Assembly: GCA_043825875.1 (NCBI GenBank)
Contig: JBDRRF010000116.1
Location: 1 to 64,000 of the forward strand
Reading direction: 5' to 3'
DNA from: Pseudomonadota bacterium
Lineage (GTDB): Bacteria; Desulfobacterota; Desulfobacteria; Desulfobacterales; RPRI01
DNA length: 64,000 nt
The notes beneath the pieces were generated by a model that saw nothing but the letters and a program-made list of their open reading frames with translations, ran no database searches and was not told the origin of the DNA. This document shows, piece after piece, positions 59,474-64,000 of this stretch (position 1 is its first letter; every line of letters begins with the position of its first letter). The position numbers and the translations under genes are program-made.

Positions 59474-59686
59474 TCAAAAAGGAATGTCTTCTTTATCTGA
59501 ATCATCATCAAAATCAAATGGCATCATTTCATTTGCCAAATCAAAAAAGACACCCAAAGATTCGCATAAATTTTTCACAATTCGACTATGAACTTCTTTC
59601 TCATTAACATCCTTGGCTTTCGACATTGATTTTAATGCAGAAACTAATTCTTTTGACAAACCATCTATTATTTTTTCAGGATCCAT
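59474..59686 (-). CDS. 70-aa helical protein ending in an SSB-like acidic DIPF tail
   Basis: AAGGAG RBS; C-terminus FDFDDDSDKEDIPF. Confidence 0.75.
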   Translation of the reverse strand: MDPEKIIDGLSKELVSALKSMSKAKDVNEKEVHSRIVKNLCESLGVFFDLANEMMPFDFDDDSDKEDIPF

Positions 59687-60254
59687 TAATTCTCCTTTTC
59701 ATTTTATTCTGTTAACTTGCTCGTTTAAACGTTTTGAAATTAGCTCTAAAGCTAGTAAATAATGGCCGAAAAATACTTTGAAAATGGGAAAAAATCAGAT
59801 TAAATTCGGTTTGAATAAAGCATGTTATGGCTTATATGTCAATATAAAGTCTCAGAATATTAACAGAATCTGAAATCTTATGTATCTGCAAAACTATCCG
59901 TGCCGACAGAACATAAACGCTAATTTCTACTGTTTTTTTTCTCAACAAATCACTTAATAACAAGCAGGTACATTCTGACAATTATATTGACTTTATTGAA
60001 TTTAATAATAGAATTTAAAATAATTATTTTAAAATAAAATCATTTGATTCATAGATCCACTTAATATTTCATCAGACCCGGATATTAAACAGATAGATCT
60101 ATTTCCGGAATATATATTATTTAAACGGTTTCATAAAAATGGCAATACGCCTATTACTCAACTTCCCGTGACCCCAAGGCATACTATTATACCTTATAGC
60201 TGTCTCTGAAAGACCAGTGGGCGCCTGAACGGATAATCAGGAGAAATTACAAGC

Positions 60255-63200
60255 ATGAAAAACAAACCCAGGCCTGAACGTCAAAAGAAAAAACAGGCCA
60301 AAACTATACCGGAAGAATCATCACCTGAGCAACCAGTTGAAAATGTAGTTGCTGAAATACCCTTTCCGGTAGTTGGCATCGGCGCTTCAGCCGGAGGCCT
60401 GGCAGCCTTTGAGGCATTCTTTTCAGGTATGCCAACAGACACCAACCCGGATATGGCTTTTATTCTGGTTCAGCATCTGGCCCCGGATCATAAGAGCATC
60501 TTAACCGAGCTCATCCGACGCTATACCCGTATGCAGGTTTTTGAGGTCGAAGACGGGATGGTTGTAGAGCCAAACTGCGCCTATATAATTCCGCCCAACC
60601 GTGACATGGCCTTTATAAACGGTACCCTCCAATTGCTGGAGCCCTCTTCCCCGAGAGGCCAGCGTCTGCCTATTGACTTCTTCTTCCGTTCGCTTGCCAA
60701 CGATCAGCGGGAACGGGCCATTTGCATTGTGCTTTCGGGCACCGGCAGCGATGGCGCTCTGGGAGTTCGGGCTATAAAGGGCGAGGGGGGTATGGCCATG
60801 GCCCAAAGCCCCACCTCAACCGAATACGACGGTATGCCACGCAGCGCCATCGCCACCGACATGGTGGACTATGAGCTTCCGCCGGGTGAGATGGCTGCTC
60901 AACTCATCACCTATGTAGCCCACGCGTTCGGGAAGTCTCCCGGACCTGCTTTTGCAACACCGCCCCAATCCGAGAATATTCTTAATAAGATCTTCATACT
61001 GTTGCGCGCTCAGACCGGCCACGACTTTTCCCGGTATAAGCCGAACAGCATCAACCGTCGCATAGAACGGCGCATGGCACTTCATCAGATAGAAACGCTT
61101 GACAGATATGTCAAATATCTGCAAAAGAATCCGGACGAGGTTGAGGCTCTGTTTCGCGACCTTCTTATCGGTGTAACAAATTTCTTCCGTGATCCTGAAG
61201 CCTTCGATGTTCTCGAAAAAATGGCCATCCCCAAGCTCTTTGCCGGCAAGCCTGCAGATAGCATGGTTCGCATCTGGACTCCTGGATGCTCAACAGGCGA
61301 AGAGGCCTTTTCCATCGCCATCCTCCTTCAGGAGCACATGGAAACCCTGAAGCAAAATTACAAGTTGCAGATATTCGCCACCGACATTGACAGTAATGCT
61401 ATTAGCACAGCCCGTGCCGGCCTCTATCCGTCAAGCATTGCGGCCGACATCGCACCGGAAAGGCTGGCGCGCTTTTTTTTACCCGAGCCTGGTGGCACCA
61501 CTTATCGCATCAAAAAAGGCATCCGCGACATACTGGTTTTTTCGGAGCAGGATTTAATTAAAGATCCGCCCTTTTCCAAACTTGACCTTATCAGTTGCCG
61601 TAATCTCATGATCTATTTAAACGGAGACCTACAGAAAAAGCTGATTCCCCTGTTCCACTACGCGCTGAAACAAGACGGCATGCTCTTTCTGGGTACATCC
61701 GAAACCATTGGCGGGTTTGACGATCTGTTTGCCGTAATAGATCGTAAATCAAAGCTGTATCAGCGCAAAGAATATTTTCACAGCTTACAACACCATGGTA
61801 TAGGCCGATTTCTTCCTCCCATAACAGCAAGAGAGATGACTGTTTCACGTACAGCAGGAGATACAAAAAAACTTCCGCTTCGTGAATTGGCTGAGCAATC
61901 TATTTTGCAGCAGATCGCCCCGGCCGCAGCACTTGTAAACGGGAAAGGGGATATACTTTATCTGCACGGCCGTACCGGAATGTATCTTGAACCAACCCCC
62001 GGCGCGGTTGGTGTTAATAATATCCTTAAAATGGCCCGCGAAGGGTTGCAAAACGATCTGACTATTGCCATCCACAAAGCCGTGGCAACAAAAGAGATCA
62101 TACGCTGCTACGGCGTGTATGTCAAAACCAACGGCAACATGACTGCGGTTAACCTGACCGTACGTCCGGTGCCAAAAGACTCCTTAGCGTTATCTGAGAC
62201 GCCCCTGTATATAGTAATAATAGAGGAAGTGCCGCAGCCGGAACCGGATAGCAGTAATCATCCTGCATTAATCAGTGATCAGCTGCCGACCGGTTATGGA
62301 TCAGACGGGCTTATCGCAGATACAAGTATAGAGGCGCTTAAGCAGGAATTGTCCGCCAAGGAAGAATATCTACGGAGCGCCAATGAGGAGCTGGAAACTT
62401 CCAACGAAGAGCTGAAATCCTCCAATGAGGAAATGCAGTCTGTGAATGAAGAATTACAATCAACCAATGAGGAACTTGAGACATCCAAAGAGGAGTTGCA
62501 ATCGGTAAATGAGGAACTGGCGACTGTCAACATCGAGCTGCAAACAAAAATGGCCGACCTTACCCAGGCTAATAACGACATGAACAATCTGCTGGCCGGC
62601 ACAGGTATCGGCACTATCTTTGTGAACCATCAACTGCACATCCTTCGTTTTACTCCAAATGCCTCCAAGATCATCAACCTTATACCAGGCAACTTAGGAA
62701 GACCCGTCGGCCACATAGTATCTAACCTTATAGACTATGACAGCCTTGTGACAGACGTGCAGACCGTGCTGGATACACTGGTTCCCAGGGAAGTAGAAGT
62801 TCAGGCAACGGACGGCAAATGGTACATGATGCGCATCCTTCCATACCGTACGCTGGACAACATAATTGAGGGTGCAGTGATCACCTTTGTTGAAATAACT
62901 GAGATGAAGCAGGCGAAAGAATCACTTCGAAAATCCAAGAAACTGCTCCGTCTGGCGGTAGTAGTGCGCGATGCATACGATGCAATTATAATGCAGGATC
63001 TTGATGGAAAAATTCTGGCCTGGAACCCCGGAGCCGTTAAAATATACGGTTGGAGTGAGTCAGAAGCACTGGGGATGAACATCCGCGACCTTATTCCTGC
63101 CAGGTTGCAAAAAGAAGCATTGGCCAAGTTACAGCAGCTAAGCCATTCTGATATTCTTGAACCGTATCGTATGCAACGGATCGCAAAAAACGGTACTATA

Positions 63201-63299
63201 ATTGAGGTCCGGATAACTTCTACTGCTTTGGTGAATGAATCAGGGCGTATGTATGCGGTTGCAACAACGGAAAGGGAAACCGGACGAACAAAAAAATAA
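60255..63299 (+). CDS. CheB/CheR fusion with coiled coil and PAS domains
   Basis: GASAGG, VQHL, SGTGSDG; GCSTGEE, ATDID, DLISCRN; EEL.S.NEE heptads; PAS WNPGA. Confidence 0.95.
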   Translation: MKNKPRPERQKKKQAKTIPEESSPEQPVENVVAEIPFPVVGIGASAGGLAAFEAFFSGMPTDTNPDMAFILVQHLAPDHKSILTELIRRYTRMQVFEVEDGMVVEPNCAYIIPPNRDMAFINGTLQLLEPSSPRGQRLPIDFFFRSLANDQRERAICIVLSGTGSDGALGVRAIKGEGGMAMAQSPTSTEYDGMPRSAIATDMVDYELPPGEMAAQLITYVAHAFGKSPGPAFATPPQSENILNKIFILLRAQTGHDFSRYKPNSINRRIERRMALHQIETLDRYVKYLQKNPDEVEALFRDLLIGVTNFFRDPEAFDVLEKMAIPKLFAGKPADSMVRIWTPGCSTGEEAFSIAILLQEHMETLKQNYKLQIFATDIDSNAISTARAGLYPSSIAADIAPERLARFFLPEPGGTTYRIKKGIRDILVFSEQDLIKDPPFSKLDLISCRNLMIYLNGDLQKKLIPLFHYALKQDGMLFLGTSETIGGFDDLFAVIDRKSKLYQRKEYFHSLQHHGIGRFLPPITAREMTVSRTAGDTKKLPLRELAEQSILQQIAPAAALVNGKGDILYLHGRTGMYLEPTPGAVGVNNILKMAREGLQNDLTIAIHKAVATKEIIRCYGVYVKTNGNMTAVNLTVRPVPKDSLALSETPLYIVIIEEVPQPEPDSSNHPALISDQLPTGYGSDGLIADTSIEALKQELSAKEEYLRSANEELETSNEELKSSNEEMQSVNEELQSTNEELETSKEELQSVNEELATVNIELQTKMADLTQANNDMNNLLAGTGIGTIFVNHQLHILRFTPNASKIINLIPGNLGRPVGHIVSNLIDYDSLVTDVQTVLDTLVPREVEVQATDGKWYMMRILPYRTLDNIIEGAVITFVEITEMKQAKESLRKSKKLLRLAVVVRDAYDAIIMQDLDGKILAWNPGAVKIYGWSESEALGMNIRDLIPARLQKEALAKLQQLSHSDILEPYRMQRIAKNGTIIEVRITSTALVNESGRMYAVATTERETGRTKK

Positions 63300-63311
63300 A
63301 GGAGCCCCATA

Positions 63312-64000
63312 ATGAGCAACAATGACAACCGTTCAGGACAATCCGGGCCTGCAAGAAGCCAGGTGCAGTTTTTACGCAGGGAGGCGGAAAAAATCCTGCG
63401 GGAAAGAGCAGCCCGGTCGCCTGAGAATATCAAGACCCTGTCGTCCGAGGAAACTCAGCAGGTACTCCACGAACTGCGTGTGCACCAGATCGAACTTGAA
63501 ATGCAAAATGATGAGCTGCGCCGGATACAGGTAGAACTTGGTGCCGCCGGGGCCCGCTATTTCGACTTGTATGATCTTGCCCCGGTGGGTTATGTTACAG
63601 TTAGCGAAAAGGGACTGATTTTAGAGGCGAACCTTACCGCCGCAACTTTGCTGGGCGTTGGCCGGGGTGAGCTTATCAAACAACCTTTTTCCCGGTTTAT
63701 CCTAAAAGAAAATCAGGACATCTACTATTTGCATCGCAAAAAGCTTTTTGAAGCCTATTCCGCAAATACAGCACAAGATGCCGAACCGCAGGCTTACGAA
63801 CTGCGGATGGGAAAAAAGGATGAAACGATATTTTGGGCACATCTTACCATTACCGTTTCACATGATACCGACTGTACCCCTGTGTGCCGTATCACGATAA
63901 ATGATATTACCAAACTCAAACAAGCGGAAGAAGATGCAAAACGTATAGCGCGGGAGTGGGAGTCTACCTTTAACGCTTCTAACGATGTCTTCTGGATTCT
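63312..64000 (+). CDS. PAS-domain sensor protein (partial, runs off window)
   Basis: LHELRVHQIELEMQNDELRR, YFDLYDLAPVGY, ANLTAA, DITKLK; typical partner of CheBR. Confidence 0.85.
   Translation, partial: MSNNDNRSGQSGPARSQVQFLRREAEKILRERAARSPENIKTLSSEETQQVLHELRVHQIELEMQNDELRRIQVELGAAGARYFDLYDLAPVGYVTVSEKGLILEANLTAATLLGVGRGELIKQPFSRFILKENQDIYYLHRKKLFEAYSANTAQDAEPQAYELRMGKKDETIFWAHLTITVSHDTDCTPVCRITINDITKLKQAEEDAKRIAREWESTFNASNDVFWI

Noticed and set aside
62355..62530. Periodic nucleotide repeats in cheBR
   Set aside because: Reflect EEL-S-NEE coiled-coil heptads; not a CRISPR or DNA repeat.

Overview
AT-rich bacterial chromosome segment whose gene content and order (thrH-hom-alaC, split atpZIBE operon, rpsF-rpsR-DUF2232-rplI-dnaB without ssb, a second dnaA, paired Hsp20s, 2-hydroxyacyl-CoA dehydratases) point to a Desulfobacterales-type sulfate reducer. 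This lineage call is inferred from gene content. Core blocks (amino acid and purine synthesis, pdxA-uvrA, F0 ATP synthase, ribosomal proteins, dnaB, icd, two tRNAs) alternate with three accessory regions. (1) About 5.8-18 kb: decayed DDE IS ends, a DUF2628-FISUMP gene, and a tightly coupled 10-gene MoxR operon extended by B-box/zinc-finger membrane proteins. (2) About 35-45 kb: DUF2157/GDYXXLXY pair, Phd-RelE toxin-antitoxin module, TPR pseudo-archaemetzincin and M48 protease. (3) About 51.5-64 kb, downstream of tRNA-Arg(UCG): decayed hicBA, envelope genes, an uncharacterised three-gene operon, an IS remnant carrying a small protein with an SSB-like tail, and cheBR plus a PAS sensor. The best candidates for undescribed biology are the extended MoxR/B-box operon, the three-gene operon at 55-59 kb, the SSB-tail mimic, a dehydratase subunit lacking its Fe-S cysteines, the divergent DnaA paralog, and a strand-biased long-hairpin repeat at gene 3' ends. 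All family assignments come from motif recognition, not database searches.
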